64,000 bases of DNA. Origin: Longimicrobiales bacterium. Its GTDB lineage: Bacteria; Gemmatimonadota; Gemmatimonadetes; Longimicrobiales; Gaopeijiaceae. The translations under genes were made by a program, and so were the position numbers. The stretch spans positions 1,440,001-1,504,000 of the forward strand of contig CBDAON010000004.1 of the NCBI GenBank assembly GCA_965198065.1, given 5' to 3'. Position 1 is the stretch's first letter. Every line of letters begins with the position of its first letter. Positions 22,270-32,719 of this stretch are shown piece after piece. The notes below the pieces were generated by a model. That model was given only the letters and a program-made list of their open reading frames with translations, was not told the origin of the DNA and ran no database searches.

Positions 22270-24965
22270 GGGCCCTGATGCGGAGCCGATTCCTGGCGCT
22301 CGGCGCCGGGCTCTTCCTGGTCGGGTGCGTGGGGAGCGACGGGGCCGAGGCACAGGATCCGGCGTCGCCGGAATCCCTCCTCCGTGAGGGAAGCTACGCG
22401 GAGGCCCTTCCGCTCCTCGAGGATCGGCTCGCCCGTCAGGGCACGCCGCAGGCGGCGGCCCAGCTCGCGACCATCCTCTTCGAGATCGGCCGCTTCGACG
22501 AGGTGGAAGCCCTGCTCCGTCGGGAGATCGAGCGCTCGAGAGGAGACGTGGAGCTGCGCCTCATCCTCGGGAGGACGCTCCTCAAGCGGGGGCGGCTGGA
22601 CGAGGCCGACCAGGAGCTCGGGGCGATCGCGGGGACGCGGGGGGGCGCGCCCCTCCTCGCGCTCGTGCACCAGGGCGAGATCCTACTCCGGCGGGGCGAG
22701 AGGGAGGCCGCGCTCCAGGTCTTCGACCGGTTCATCGACGTCTACAACGGGCGATCGGACCTGGACAGCCGGGAGCTCCAGGCCGTGGCCCAGGCGGTGC
22801 GGCACATGGGGGTGATCGACCCCGCCCTATACCAGGACGCGCTCCGCGCCTACGACGAGGCCGTGGCGGCAGATCCGGACAACCTGGAGGCACACGTCGG
22901 CACCGGGACCCTCTTCCTCTCCCGCCTCGACGCGCCCGAGGCCCGGAGCTCGTTCCAGGAGGTCCTCGCCAGGCGAGGACGGCACCCCCACGCGCTCCTC
23001 GGTCTCGCCGAGGCAGCGGAGTTCGAGGGGTCGGACGAAGCCGGCCCGATGCTCGACACGGCCCTCGAGGTAAACTCGAATCTGGTCCCCGCCCTAGTGC
23101 TCCGGGCGAGCCGGAGCCTGGCCGAGGAGAACGGCGACGCTGCGGAAGCGGACCTCGAAGCCGCCCTCCAAGTGAACCCGAGTTCGGCCGAGGCCCTCGC
23201 TGTACTCGCGGGCATGTACCTGATCCGCGGAATGACCGACGAATACGAGCGCACGCGCGACCGGGCCCTCGCCGTAAACCCCCGGGACGCGCAGTTCTTC
23301 GTGACGGTCGCGGAGCTAGCCTCGAACGTGCGGTTTTACGCCGAGGCCGAGGCGCTGGCCGGCCGCGGCGCGGCGCTGGACTCGCTCGCGTGGGACGCGT
23401 ACGGGGTGCAGGGACTGAACCAGCTGAGGCTGGGCGAGATCGCGGCCGGGCGAAGGAACCTCGAGATCGCGTTCGAGGGTGATCCATACAACGTATGGTT
23501 CAAGAACACGCTCGACCTCCTCGACGTCATGGACACCTTCGAAGAGTTCTCGTCGCCCTCCCTGAACGTGTACGTGGAGCCAGAGGACGGTGAGGCCCTG
23601 GCGATCTACATGACGGAGGTCGGGGAGCGCGCTCTTGAGGACCTTTCCGCCCGGTACCGGTACCGTCCGGAGACACCGATCCGGGTCGAGGCGTTCCGGC
23701 GCAGCGCCGACTTCTCCGTGCGCACGATGGGGCTCGCTGGGATCGGGGCGCTCGGAGTGGCGTTCGGGCGGGTCGTGGCCATGGATTCGCCGAGCGCCAG
23801 GGGACCTCAGGGCTTCGACTGGGCCTCGACCCTCTGGCACGAGCTGACACACGTCGTGCACATGGGTATGACGGAGCACCGCGTGCCGCGGTGGCTGACG
23901 GAGGGGCTAGCCGTGCATGAGGAGCGGCGGGCCGGCGTGTCGTGGGGGATGCGCCCCTCGCTCGCGTTCTTCGCCGCCTACATCGAGGACCGGGTCCGGC
24001 CTCCCAGCCAGCTGAGCCAGAGCTTTGTTCGGCCGCGCAGTCCGGAGGAGGTCGGACACGCGTACGTCCTGGGATCCATCGTGGCGGGGTGGATCGAGGA
24101 GACCCGGGGCTTCGACGCGATCCTCGACATGCTCGAGGGTTACCGCGACGGTCGCGGGCCGGAGGACGTCATGCGTCGCGCCCTGGGGATTGATCTGGAG
24201 GAGCTGGATCGGAGCTTCGACGTGTGGTTCCGCGAGCGCTACGCGGACCCGATCCGGGCGGCCGAGGCCGCGCTCGAGCTCAGGGCCATTCCCCCCCAGG
24301 AGCGCGCCGGGGACCGGGAGGGGCTGGAGAGCCGCGTCGCCGAGTCACCCCTGGACGTCGAGTCTCGCATCGCGCTGGCCAGGGTGCTCATCTCCGAGGA
24401 GGAGTTCGCCGCGGCGATCGGCCCGCTCACGGAGGCGCGAGATCTCTTCCCCGAGAATCCGGACCCGGCCGGCCCCAATCGTCTTCTGGCCCGGGTATAC
24501 ACCGAGCTCGGGAACGACGCGCTCGCGATGGCCGCGCTCGCGGAGCACGTGACCCGGGTCGGGGGCGACTACGCCGCGCACCTCCAGCTGGCCGAGCTTC
24601 TCGAGGAGGCGGGACGCCAGGCGGAGGCGGCCGAGACGCTAGAGGAGGCGATCGCCGTCTACCCGTTCGAGATCTCCCTCCACGATCGTCTCGCGCGGCT
24701 GTACCGGGAACTCGGCAATCCGGAGGGCGAGGTCCGGGAGCGGCGGGTCGCCCTCGCCCTCGATCTACCAGATCGGGCAGGAGCGCTCCACCTCCTCGCC
24801 GAGGCGCAGCTCAGGGCCGGACGGATCGAGGAAGCGAGAGCGAGCGTGCTCCAGGCGCTCGAGCTGGCGCCGCTGTTCCCGGAGGCGCAGGACCTGCTTC
24901 TCACGATCCTTAGCGGCGGCGGAGACGCGGGGGGAACGGACGGACGGGAAACGGACGGACAGTGA
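22266..24965 (+). CDS. TPR lipoprotein with gluzincin-like peptidase domain
   Basis: Lipobox FLVGC; multiple TPR-like helices; LWHELTH followed by PRWLTEGLA. Confidence 0.85.
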   Translation: MRALMRSRFLALGAGLFLVGCVGSDGAEAQDPASPESLLREGSYAEALPLLEDRLARQGTPQAAAQLATILFEIGRFDEVEALLRREIERSRGDVELRLILGRTLLKRGRLDEADQELGAIAGTRGGAPLLALVHQGEILLRRGEREAALQVFDRFIDVYNGRSDLDSRELQAVAQAVRHMGVIDPALYQDALRAYDEAVAADPDNLEAHVGTGTLFLSRLDAPEARSSFQEVLARRGRHPHALLGLAEAAEFEGSDEAGPMLDTALEVNSNLVPALVLRASRSLAEENGDAAEADLEAALQVNPSSAEALAVLAGMYLIRGMTDEYERTRDRALAVNPRDAQFFVTVAELASNVRFYAEAEALAGRGAALDSLAWDAYGVQGLNQLRLGEIAAGRRNLEIAFEGDPYNVWFKNTLDLLDVMDTFEEFSSPSLNVYVEPEDGEALAIYMTEVGERALEDLSARYRYRPETPIRVEAFRRSADFSVRTMGLAGIGALGVAFGRVVAMDSPSARGPQGFDWASTLWHELTHVVHMGMTEHRVPRWLTEGLAVHEERRAGVSWGMRPSLAFFAAYIEDRVRPPSQLSQSFVRPRSPEEVGHAYVLGSIVAGWIEETRGFDAILDMLEGYRDGRGPEDVMRRALGIDLEELDRSFDVWFRERYADPIRAAEAALELRAIPPQERAGDREGLESRVAESPLDVESRIALARVLISEEEFAAAIGPLTEARDLFPENPDPAGPNRLLARVYTELGNDALAMAALAEHVTRVGGDYAAHLQLAELLEEAGRQAEAAETLEEAIAVYPFEISLHDRLARLYRELGNPEGEVRERRVALALDLPDRAGALHLLAEAQLRAGRIEEARASVLQALELAPLFPEAQDLLLTILSGGGDAGGTDGRETDGQ

Positions 24966-25007
24966 AGAGACCTTGCACATCGGTCCAGGGATGACCCAGG
25001 AGGATTC

Positions 25008-26045
25008 GTGGAATCGCAGATGACGCAGGGAACCGAGCCCGAGACCAAGGACGACATCGAGCTCGCGGATCGCATGCTGGCCGCCAGGAAGTCGATCCTG
25101 GAGGAGGTCGGAAAGCAGATCATCGGTCAGGAAGGCGTGCTCGAGGAGGTCCTCCTCTCCCTCTTCGTGGGAGGGAACAGCCTGATCCTGGGCGTTCCCG
25201 GGCTCGCGAAGACCATGATCATCCACGTGATGGCCCAGGTCCTGGATTTGAACTTCTCGCGCATTCAGTTCACTCCGGACCTCATGCCCTCGGACATCAC
25301 GGGGACCGAGCTCCTCCAGGAGGACGCCCAGACCCACAAGCGTGAGCTCGTGTTCCGGAAGGGGCCGATCTTCGCCAACATCGTGCTCGCGGACGAGATC
25401 AACCGGACGCCTCCGAAGACGCAGGCCGCGCTCCTCGAGGCCATGCAGGAGCACCAGGTCACGGTCCAGGGGACGACGTACGTGCTCCAGGAGCCGTTCT
25501 TCGTCTTCGCTACCCAGAACCCGATCGAGCTCGAGGGCACGTACCCCCTCCCCGAGGCGCAGCTGGACCGCTTCATGTTCGAGATCATCATCGACCACCT
25601 CCCGGAGGAGCTGGAGCTGACCGTCGTCACGCACACGACCGGGATCGAGCGGGAGCCCCCGGCGCAGGTCGTCGCCAGGGAGGATCTGATCGACTACCAG
25701 CACCTGGTACGCCGGGTGCCCGTGTCGGATCCCGTGTCCCGCTACGCCCTCTCGATCGTGCGCGCCAGTCGGCCGGAGCCAAACGGGAAACGCGAGTTCG
25801 TGCAGAACTTCATCTCGTACGGCGCGAGCGTCCGGGCCGCGCAGTACCTGGTGCTCGGCGGGAAGGCGCGGGCGCTCACCCGCGGCCGCTTCGCGGTGAC
25901 GTACGAAGACATCCGGGCCCTCGCCCATCCGGTCCTCCGGCACCGCCTCCTCACGAACTTCCAGGCGCAGTCCGAAGGGGTTACCACGGACAAGCTCGTG
26001 GACCAGCTCCTCGAATCCGTGCCCGAGCCAAAATCGGGAATGTAG
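25008..26045 (+). CDS. moxR: MoxR family AAA+ ATPase
   Basis: GVPGLAKT, RIQFTPDLMPSD, LADEINRTPPKTQAALLEAM, TQNPIELEGTYPLPEAQLDRF. Confidence 0.97.
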   Translation: MESQMTQGTEPETKDDIELADRMLAARKSILEEVGKQIIGQEGVLEEVLLSLFVGGNSLILGVPGLAKTMIIHVMAQVLDLNFSRIQFTPDLMPSDITGTELLQEDAQTHKRELVFRKGPIFANIVLADEINRTPPKTQAALLEAMQEHQVTVQGTTYVLQEPFFVFATQNPIELEGTYPLPEAQLDRFMFEIIIDHLPEELELTVVTHTTGIEREPPAQVVAREDLIDYQHLVRRVPVSDPVSRYALSIVRASRPEPNGKREFVQNFISYGASVRAAQYLVLGGKARALTRGRFAVTYEDIRALAHPVLRHRLLTNFQAQSEGVTTDKLVDQLLESVPEPKSGM

Positions 26046-26059
26046 GGGAGAGAGAGCCG

Positions 26060-27004
26060 GTGGCCATCGCACACGGTTGGGGGCGCGGACAGGCCGGGCC
26101 GGGAGCCCGGTTCCTGGATCCCCTCGTGCTCCAGCGCATCGGAAACCTAGAGCTGGTGGCGCGGAGCGTGGTGGAAGGATTCCTCCAGGGGCTCCACAAG
26201 TCCCCATATCTCGGCAACTCCATGGACTTCGCCGAGCATCGACCGTACTCGGTGGGGGACGACATCCGGCGCGTGGACTGGCGCGTTCTCGCCCGGACCG
26301 AGCGTTACTACGTGAAGGAGTTCGAGGCCGAGACCAACACGAACTTCACGATGCTCTTGGACTGCTCCCGCTCCATGAACTTCGGGGAGCCCATCACGAA
26401 GTTCGACTACGCCCGGTTTCTCGCGGCGAGCCTCACCTTCATGTCGCGCCGCCAGGGCGATCGGGTGGGAATCTTCACCTTCGATTCGAAGGTGCGGGAG
26501 GTCGTGCCGTGCTCCGCGCGCCACCTGGAACTCGTGCTCCACACGATCAACCGGTCCAAGGCGGAGCGGTCGGGAGAGCTCTCCCCCGCGCTCCGCGACG
26601 TGTCCGTGCGGCAGTCCCGAAAGGGGATCATCGCGCTCGTGAGCGACTTGTACGCCCCGCCGGAAGACATCCGGAGCTCGATTTCGATGCTCCGGGAGCT
26701 GGGAAACGACGTGATGGTCTTCCACCTCCTCTCCCCAACGGAGCGGGACATTCCCTACGAGGGACCGTTCATGCTCGAGGACATGGAAACGGGCGAGGTT
26801 CTGCCTCTGGCCCCCGCTCAGCTCCGTGAGGAGTACCGCAGGCTGGTAAATGCCCACGTCGTATCGGTGGGACGCGCGATCTCGGGTGCCGGAGCGGACC
26901 ACATCCCCGTGGACACGGCCCGGCCGCTCGACCAGGCGCTCTTCCACTACCTACTGTCCAGGCAGTACCGCAAACGGAGCGGACGATGGGCCTCGCATTC
27001 ATAG
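26060..27004 (+). CDS. DUF58 vWA-like protein
   Basis: DFAEHRPYSVGDDIRRVDW, LLDCSRSM. Confidence 0.92.
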   Translation: MAIAHGWGRGQAGPGARFLDPLVLQRIGNLELVARSVVEGFLQGLHKSPYLGNSMDFAEHRPYSVGDDIRRVDWRVLARTERYYVKEFEAETNTNFTMLLDCSRSMNFGEPITKFDYARFLAASLTFMSRRQGDRVGIFTFDSKVREVVPCSARHLELVLHTINRSKAERSGELSPALRDVSVRQSRKGIIALVSDLYAPPEDIRSSISMLRELGNDVMVFHLLSPTERDIPYEGPFMLEDMETGEVLPLAPAQLREEYRRLVNAHVVSVGRAISGAGADHIPVDTARPLDQALFHYLLSRQYRKRSGRWASHS

Positions 27005-29187
27005 CTCCCCTCTTCCTCGCGGGTCTGCTCGCGCTCGCGATCCCGGTGATCGTGCACCTGATCCGCCGGCACCAGGGGAAGCGGATCGACTTCCCGTCGC
27101 TCATGTTCCTACGGCAGATGCCGGTCCGGTCGGTGCGTCGGCTCCGCATCCGGGACTGGTTCCTACTCATGCTCCGGGCGCTGGCCCTGGCGCTCATCGT
27201 CTTGGCGTTCGCGCGTCCAGTCCTTCGGCTCGGGGCGACCGACGAGGTGGTGGAGGACGGGCTCCGCGAGGTGGTGATCGCTCTCGACCGCTCGTGGAGC
27301 ATGGAGCGCGGGGACCGCTGGGAGAGGGCGTTGGACGAAGCCCGCTCCGTGCTGGCCGACCTCGTGAGCCCCGATCGCGTGTCCCTGGTGGTCTTTGACG
27401 GGGTGGGACAGGTGGTGGTCGAGCCAACGCTCGAGCCCGGCCGGGTCAGGGCGGCGCTGGACACCCTGAGCCCGGGGTGGGGGCGGACCCAGATCGGGGC
27501 CGGCATTCAGGCGGCGAGCGGCCTCGTCGAGCCGTCCGAGCGGTCGCGGAAGGAGGTGGTCCTCATCTCCGACTTCCAGCGGCGAGGCTGGGAGGACGGT
27601 CCCCGGGATCGCCTTCCGGCGGGCACCCAGCTCACCCCGGTAGACGTGGGGGACGACGGGATCGGCACGCTCATCGTGGCCGACGTGGAGCTCGAGCACA
27701 CGTTCTTCGAGGGAAGGCAGCGGATCCGGCCCGAGGCTCGCGTGGTGCGTCAGGGCGCGGGCGCACCCACCCAGGCCCGCGTGGTCCTCGAGATGGATGG
27801 ACGGGAGATCGAAACCCACGAGATCGAGATCCCCTCGGAGGGTGCCGTTCCCGTCGCCTTCGAGCCCATCACCCTCCCGGAGGAAGGGGTTCGGGGCGCG
27901 ATCCTCCTCTTTCCCGAGGGAGCGCCCCCGGAGGAACCGTTTCGCTTCTTCTTTTCTCCGCGCGAGGTCCTCTCGATCCTGATCGCGGAGGGAAGCGTGA
28001 GCGGCCCCGCCCAGGGGGCGTACCTCCGGAGCGCCCTGGCCGTGACGGGGGGAACTCCGGTCACCGTTGAGACGCGGACGGGGAACGGCTTCACGGTGGC
28101 GGAGCTAGAGGCCGCAGACGTGGTGATCCTGAACGACGTGCCCCTGTCGTCGGGCGCCTCCGGGAACCTTCTCCGTGAGTACGTCCTGGGCGGGGGCGGC
28201 GTCGTGATCGTGGCGGGTCCGGAGAGCGCGCCCGGATCGTGGGAGAACGCCTGGGCCGATTTCCTCCCCGGGCGCCTGGGCGACGCCGTGGACCGGAACC
28301 CCGCGCGGGGTGGTACGCTCACGGCAGTCGATCGCGATCACCCGGTGTTCTCGCCGTTTGCCGGATCGGAGGGAGGAGGGCTAGGCGGGCCGCGCTTCTA
28401 CCGGTACCGCGCTCTCTCCGTCCCCCTCCCACCGGACCCGGAGAGCCCCGAGGGCCAGGACGCGGCGGCGCGCGGCCCGCAGGTGATCGCGCGATTCGAC
28501 GATGGGACTCCGGCTCTCGCGGAGCAGACCGTCGGATCCGGGCGAGTTCTCGTGTGGACCTCCACGCTCGACAACACCTGGACCGACTTCGCGCTCCATC
28601 CGGCATTCGTTCCGGTAACGCGAGAGATGGCGCGGTACGCGTCCTCGCGCGAGGAGAGAGTGCCTTACTTCGCGGTGGGGCAGCCGCTCGACGTGAGGTT
28701 CCTCCTGGGACAGGCGGGGGTCCCGGGGGCGTCGGCCGAGGAGGCGGGCGGCGGCGGAGCCGGAGAGGTGTCGGAAGGGCTCCTGATCGGGCCGGGGGCG
28801 ACGGGGGTCGAGCTGCGGACGGGCGCGGGACAGCTCGTACAGCTCCCGACGCCCGGGTTCTACGAGGTCCGGCTGGGAGACGACGCGGGACCGGTGGTCC
28901 GGACCGTCGCGGCGAACCCGGAGCTGCGCGAGGCGGACCCGACCAGGATGGATCCGGAGGAGCTGGTGGTGGCAGTCTCCGGCACCACGGGCACCGCCGC
29001 CGCCCAGGGGGGGGACAGCGATCTGGTCCCGGAGGAGGGCCCGGGCCAGCTGACGCCCGAGCAGGAATCCGAGCGGCGACAAGGGGCGTGGCGGTTCCTC
29101 CTCCTCGGCGCGATTCTCTTGCTCCTCTGCGAGACGCTCGTGGCGGCGCGGTCGAAGCCCCTGGCCAAGCAGGCTACGGAAGCCTAG
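26986..29187 (+). CDS. BatA-domain/vWA membrane protein
   Basis: LAIPVIVHL...FPSLMFL...LAFARP; DRSWSM; ISDFQ. Confidence 0.88.
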   Translation: MGLAFIAPLFLAGLLALAIPVIVHLIRRHQGKRIDFPSLMFLRQMPVRSVRRLRIRDWFLLMLRALALALIVLAFARPVLRLGATDEVVEDGLREVVIALDRSWSMERGDRWERALDEARSVLADLVSPDRVSLVVFDGVGQVVVEPTLEPGRVRAALDTLSPGWGRTQIGAGIQAASGLVEPSERSRKEVVLISDFQRRGWEDGPRDRLPAGTQLTPVDVGDDGIGTLIVADVELEHTFFEGRQRIRPEARVVRQGAGAPTQARVVLEMDGREIETHEIEIPSEGAVPVAFEPITLPEEGVRGAILLFPEGAPPEEPFRFFFSPREVLSILIAEGSVSGPAQGAYLRSALAVTGGTPVTVETRTGNGFTVAELEAADVVILNDVPLSSGASGNLLREYVLGGGGVVIVAGPESAPGSWENAWADFLPGRLGDAVDRNPARGGTLTAVDRDHPVFSPFAGSEGGGLGGPRFYRYRALSVPLPPDPESPEGQDAAARGPQVIARFDDGTPALAEQTVGSGRVLVWTSTLDNTWTDFALHPAFVPVTREMARYASSREERVPYFAVGQPLDVRFLLGQAGVPGASAEEAGGGGAGEVSEGLLIGPGATGVELRTGAGQLVQLPTPGFYEVRLGDDAGPVVRTVAANPELREADPTRMDPEELVVAVSGTTGTAAAQGGDSDLVPEEGPGQLTPEQESERRQGAWRFLLLGAILLLLCETLVAARSKPLAKQATEA

Positions 29188-29224
29188 GGTACAGCAGGAA
29201 TGCTCATCTGTGCGGAGAACAGCC

Positions 29225-32200
29225 ATGGTGCGTAGCATCGGCAGCAACGAGAGACGAGAGCTCTTGGACGTCGTCCGTAACGTCCGCTGGCGGTGGCGGA
29301 TGCGTCAGGTGCTCCGGGGTGGTCTTCTGACGGTGGGCTCGGCGCTCCTGGCCGTCGCGGTCGTCGTGTTCGCCCTGAACCGGTGGACTGGCTCGCCCGG
29401 GGCCGCCACGGGCTTCACGATCCTGCTCTATCTCGGGGTGGCGTTCGTCGCGATCCGGTTCCTCGTGCGGCCGCTCTTCCAGCGCGTGACCGACCAGCAG
29501 GTCGCCCACTACCTGGAAGAGCACGAGCCCGAGCTCCGTATGGAGATCGTCACCGCCGTCGGGGCGATCGAGTCGGAGCGGCAGGGGACGCTCGACACCC
29601 GCGAGGCGAACGGGATCCTGCAGGGGCTGGTCCGGTCCGCGGTGCGCCGAGCGCGTAGCGTGGAAGGCGGCCTCCGGGTGGATCGGAGGCCGCTTCGGCG
29701 GCTGTCGTGGTCGTCTGTGGCCCTCGCGTTCGTCCTAGCTTTCTTCTTCCTGGCCGACCCATTCGGCCTCCGGACCGCCTTGCCGGGAGCGCTCCGTCCG
29801 TGGACCCAGGTCCAGGCGGCCCCCCCCTTAGCGGTCCAGGTCCTCCCGGGAGACACCGTGGTGCCGCGGGGCTCCGAGATATGGGTCACAGCGCGGCTCT
29901 TCGGGTTCGATGTGGAGCCCGTCGAGATCGCGTTCAAGGGAGAGGTCGAGACCCAGTGGACCCGTTCGATGATGGCGCGAGTGGACGAGGATCCCGCCGA
30001 CGCGCCCGACGCGGAGGGGGGCGCGCCCGCCCGCCCGCCCACTTTCGATTACCTGGTGTTCCGCGTCGACGAGCCGATCGAGTACTTCGCCGAGTCTGAC
30101 GGAATCCGTTCGGGAACGTACCGCGTGGACGTGGTGGACCTTCCGTACGTGTCGCAGCTCGAGCTTGAGATCCACTATCCGGCGTACACCGGCAGAGACC
30201 CCGAGCTCGTGGAGAACGGCGGGGACCTCGTCGTCCTTCCGGGAACCACCGTCCGGGTCCGAGCCCATCCCACGATCCCCGTGCCCGCCGGACAGATTGT
30301 CTTGGAGGGGTTGGGAAACGTGGCACTCGCGCTTCGGGAGGACGGGGTGCTCACGGGAGAGTTCCGCGTGACGCAGCCCGGTTTCTACCGGATCGAGCTC
30401 GAGGACGACGAGGGGGTCACGCACCAGGGGAGCCCAGACCACTTGATCGACGTGATCGACGACCTCCCGCCCATCGTGGCGATCCGGGAGCCCGGGCGGG
30501 ACACGAGGGCCACGATGGTCGAAGAGGTCTACATCGAGACGCGGGCAAGCGACGACTTCGGTCTTGCCCGGCTCGAGATCGTCTACGCGGTGAACGGGGG
30601 CGAGGAGCAGACGATCGCCCTGCTGGACGGGACCGGGGAGCTTCTCCGGGACGCCTCCGCCGGGCACACGCTCTTCCTAGACGAGTTCGGCCTCGAGCCC
30701 GGAGACCTCATCGCGTACTACGCCAGGGGGCTCGACAACGGCCCGAACGCGGAGGAGCGGGAGACACTCACGGACATATACTTCGTCACGATCCGACCCT
30801 TCCAGCAGGACTTCCGCCAGGCGGACCAAGGCGGCGGTGGTGGCGGAATGGGAGCCGCCGGAGCGGAGGGACAGTTCTCCCAGCGCCAGCGGGACATCGT
30901 GGCCGCCACCTTCAACGTGGGCCGCGATTGGCGAGCGGTCAGCCCCGAACTCCAAGCGGAGGACGTCGCGACGATCGCGCAGGCGCAGGTCGCGCTCAGG
31001 GAAGAGGTCGAGGGGTTCCTCGCCGAGCTCCGGCCCCGGCTGGCGAGGGCGCCGGAAGACATGCGCCAGGTCGCCGAGGAGCTCCCTCAGGCCGTCGCCG
31101 CGATGGACGCGGCCGCAGCGGAGCTCCGGGAGCAGAGGACCGTCGAAGCGCTCCCACCCGAGCAGACGGCCCTCCAGCACCTGCTGCGCGCGGAGGCCGT
31201 GTTCCGTGAGATCCAGCTGCAACAGCAGCAGCAGGGCGGCGGCGGCGGCGGCGCGAGCGGGCAGGAGATGCGGGACGATCTGGCCGACTTCTTCGACCTG
31301 GAGATGGACCGGATGCGCAATCAGTACGAGGAGCTCCAGCGCGGCCAGCAGGAACAACAGCAGCAGCAGATGGAGGCCGCGCTGGACCGGCTCCGCGAGC
31401 TGGCCCGACGCCAGCAGCAGGAGGCCGAGCGACTCCAGAGAGCTGCCCAGGAGCAGATGCAGGGATCGTCCGCCGGCGGGCAGAGCCAGCAGCGCCTCGC
31501 CCAGCAGACGGAAGAGCTGGCCCGGGAGCTCGAGCGGCTCGCGCGAGAGACCTCCTCGCCGGAGCTGCAGGCGGCAGCCCAGCGCCTGAGGGAGGCGCAG
31601 CAGGCGATGCAGCAGTCCGCAGCGGCTCGGGACCAGAGGGGGCTGGGCCAGGCCATGGCCGCGCAGGAGGCCCTCGACGAAGCCCGCCGGCTCCTCGAGC
31701 GGGACCAGGACAGGCAGATCGCAGACGACGTCCAGAACACGATCGCAGACGCGGAGCGGGCGCTCGAACGGCAGCGCGGCATCCAGCAGGCCACCGAACG
31801 CGCCCTCGACCAGCTGTTGACCGAGCCGAGCGCCGCCCGGGACGCGCTGGGGGAGCTGAACCCGGACCGCGAGCAGCTCGTTCGCGAGCTGGAGGGACTG
31901 ACCGAGGACCTGAGGGCGCTCTCGAGGCAGGCCGCGGAGACGGATCCCCAGGCCGAGCGGGGGTTCCGCGAGGCGGCGGCGACGATCTCTGAAGGGCAGC
32001 TGCCGCTACGGGCCGACTACAACCGGAGGCTCGCGGAGAGTATCCGGTCCGAGGGTATGCGGTCGCAGTCGCGGGAGTCAGAGGCCGCCCTGACGCAGGA
32101 CATGGAACGGATGATGGGCCAGTTGGAGCAGGCCTCCGCCCAGCTGAACGGGCAGCAGCAGGATCAGGCCCAGGAGCTGGCCGAGCAGGCGCGGGAGCTG

Positions 32201-32719
32201 CTGCGCGGTGCGGAGTCGATGGAGGCGCGGATCCAGCAGGGGCAGGAGCGGTCGCTCCAGGGCCAGCAGGGACAACAACAGGGCGGCCAGCAGCCCGGCC
32301 AGCAGCAGGGTGGTCAGCAGCCGGGCGGGGGCGGAGGCGGCCAGCTCGACGACCAGACGATCCGGCAGCTCCGGGCCGAAGCGGGCCGGCGCGCGGACCA
32401 AGCCGAGGCGCTCCGCGACCGGATCGGGGACTTCGGCAGCGGCGACTATCGCGATTACGCGTGGGGCGGCCGTTTCGACGACATCGTCCGGACGTTTCGT
32501 GAGCTCGAGGGTGGCCGGTGGTACGCCACGCCTAGAGAGCTGGCGGAGGTCCAGACGCTTCTCGTGGAGTCACTCCGGGAGCTGGACTTCGCGATCCGGA
32601 GAGAGTTCACGACGGCGGGCCGCGAGGGCCCGGTGACGTCCGGATCCGGGGCAGTGCCGGAGTCCTACCGCGACGCCGTGAACGAGTACTTCCGCTCCCT
32701 CGCCGTTCCGGACCGGTGA
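29225..32719 (+). CDS. DUF4175-like large membrane-anchored coiled-coil protein with Q/G-rich linkers
   Basis: N-terminal TMs; YPAYT and DDFGL; long Gln/Ala-rich helical region; C-terminal VPESYRDAVNEYFRSL. Confidence 0.8.
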   Translation: MVRSIGSNERRELLDVVRNVRWRWRMRQVLRGGLLTVGSALLAVAVVVFALNRWTGSPGAATGFTILLYLGVAFVAIRFLVRPLFQRVTDQQVAHYLEEHEPELRMEIVTAVGAIESERQGTLDTREANGILQGLVRSAVRRARSVEGGLRVDRRPLRRLSWSSVALAFVLAFFFLADPFGLRTALPGALRPWTQVQAAPPLAVQVLPGDTVVPRGSEIWVTARLFGFDVEPVEIAFKGEVETQWTRSMMARVDEDPADAPDAEGGAPARPPTFDYLVFRVDEPIEYFAESDGIRSGTYRVDVVDLPYVSQLELEIHYPAYTGRDPELVENGGDLVVLPGTTVRVRAHPTIPVPAGQIVLEGLGNVALALREDGVLTGEFRVTQPGFYRIELEDDEGVTHQGSPDHLIDVIDDLPPIVAIREPGRDTRATMVEEVYIETRASDDFGLARLEIVYAVNGGEEQTIALLDGTGELLRDASAGHTLFLDEFGLEPGDLIAYYARGLDNGPNAEERETLTDIYFVTIRPFQQDFRQADQGGGGGGMGAAGAEGQFSQRQRDIVAATFNVGRDWRAVSPELQAEDVATIAQAQVALREEVEGFLAELRPRLARAPEDMRQVAEELPQAVAAMDAAAAELREQRTVEALPPEQTALQHLLRAEAVFREIQLQQQQQGGGGGGASGQEMRDDLADFFDLEMDRMRNQYEELQRGQQEQQQQQMEAALDRLRELARRQQQEAERLQRAAQEQMQGSSAGGQSQQRLAQQTEELARELERLARETSSPELQAAAQRLREAQQAMQQSAAARDQRGLGQAMAAQEALDEARRLLERDQDRQIADDVQNTIADAERALERQRGIQQATERALDQLLTEPSAARDALGELNPDREQLVRELEGLTEDLRALSRQAAETDPQAERGFREAAATISEGQLPLRADYNRRLAESIRSEGMRSQSRESEAALTQDMERMMGQLEQASAQLNGQQQDQAQELAEQARELLRGAESMEARIQQGQERSLQGQQGQQQGGQQPGQQQGGQQPGGGGGGQLDDQTIRQLRAEAGRRADQAEALRDRIGDFGSGDYRDYAWGGRFDDIVRTFRELEGGRWYATPRELAEVQTLLVESLRELDFAIRREFTTAGREGPVTSGSGAVPESYRDAVNEYFRSLAVPDR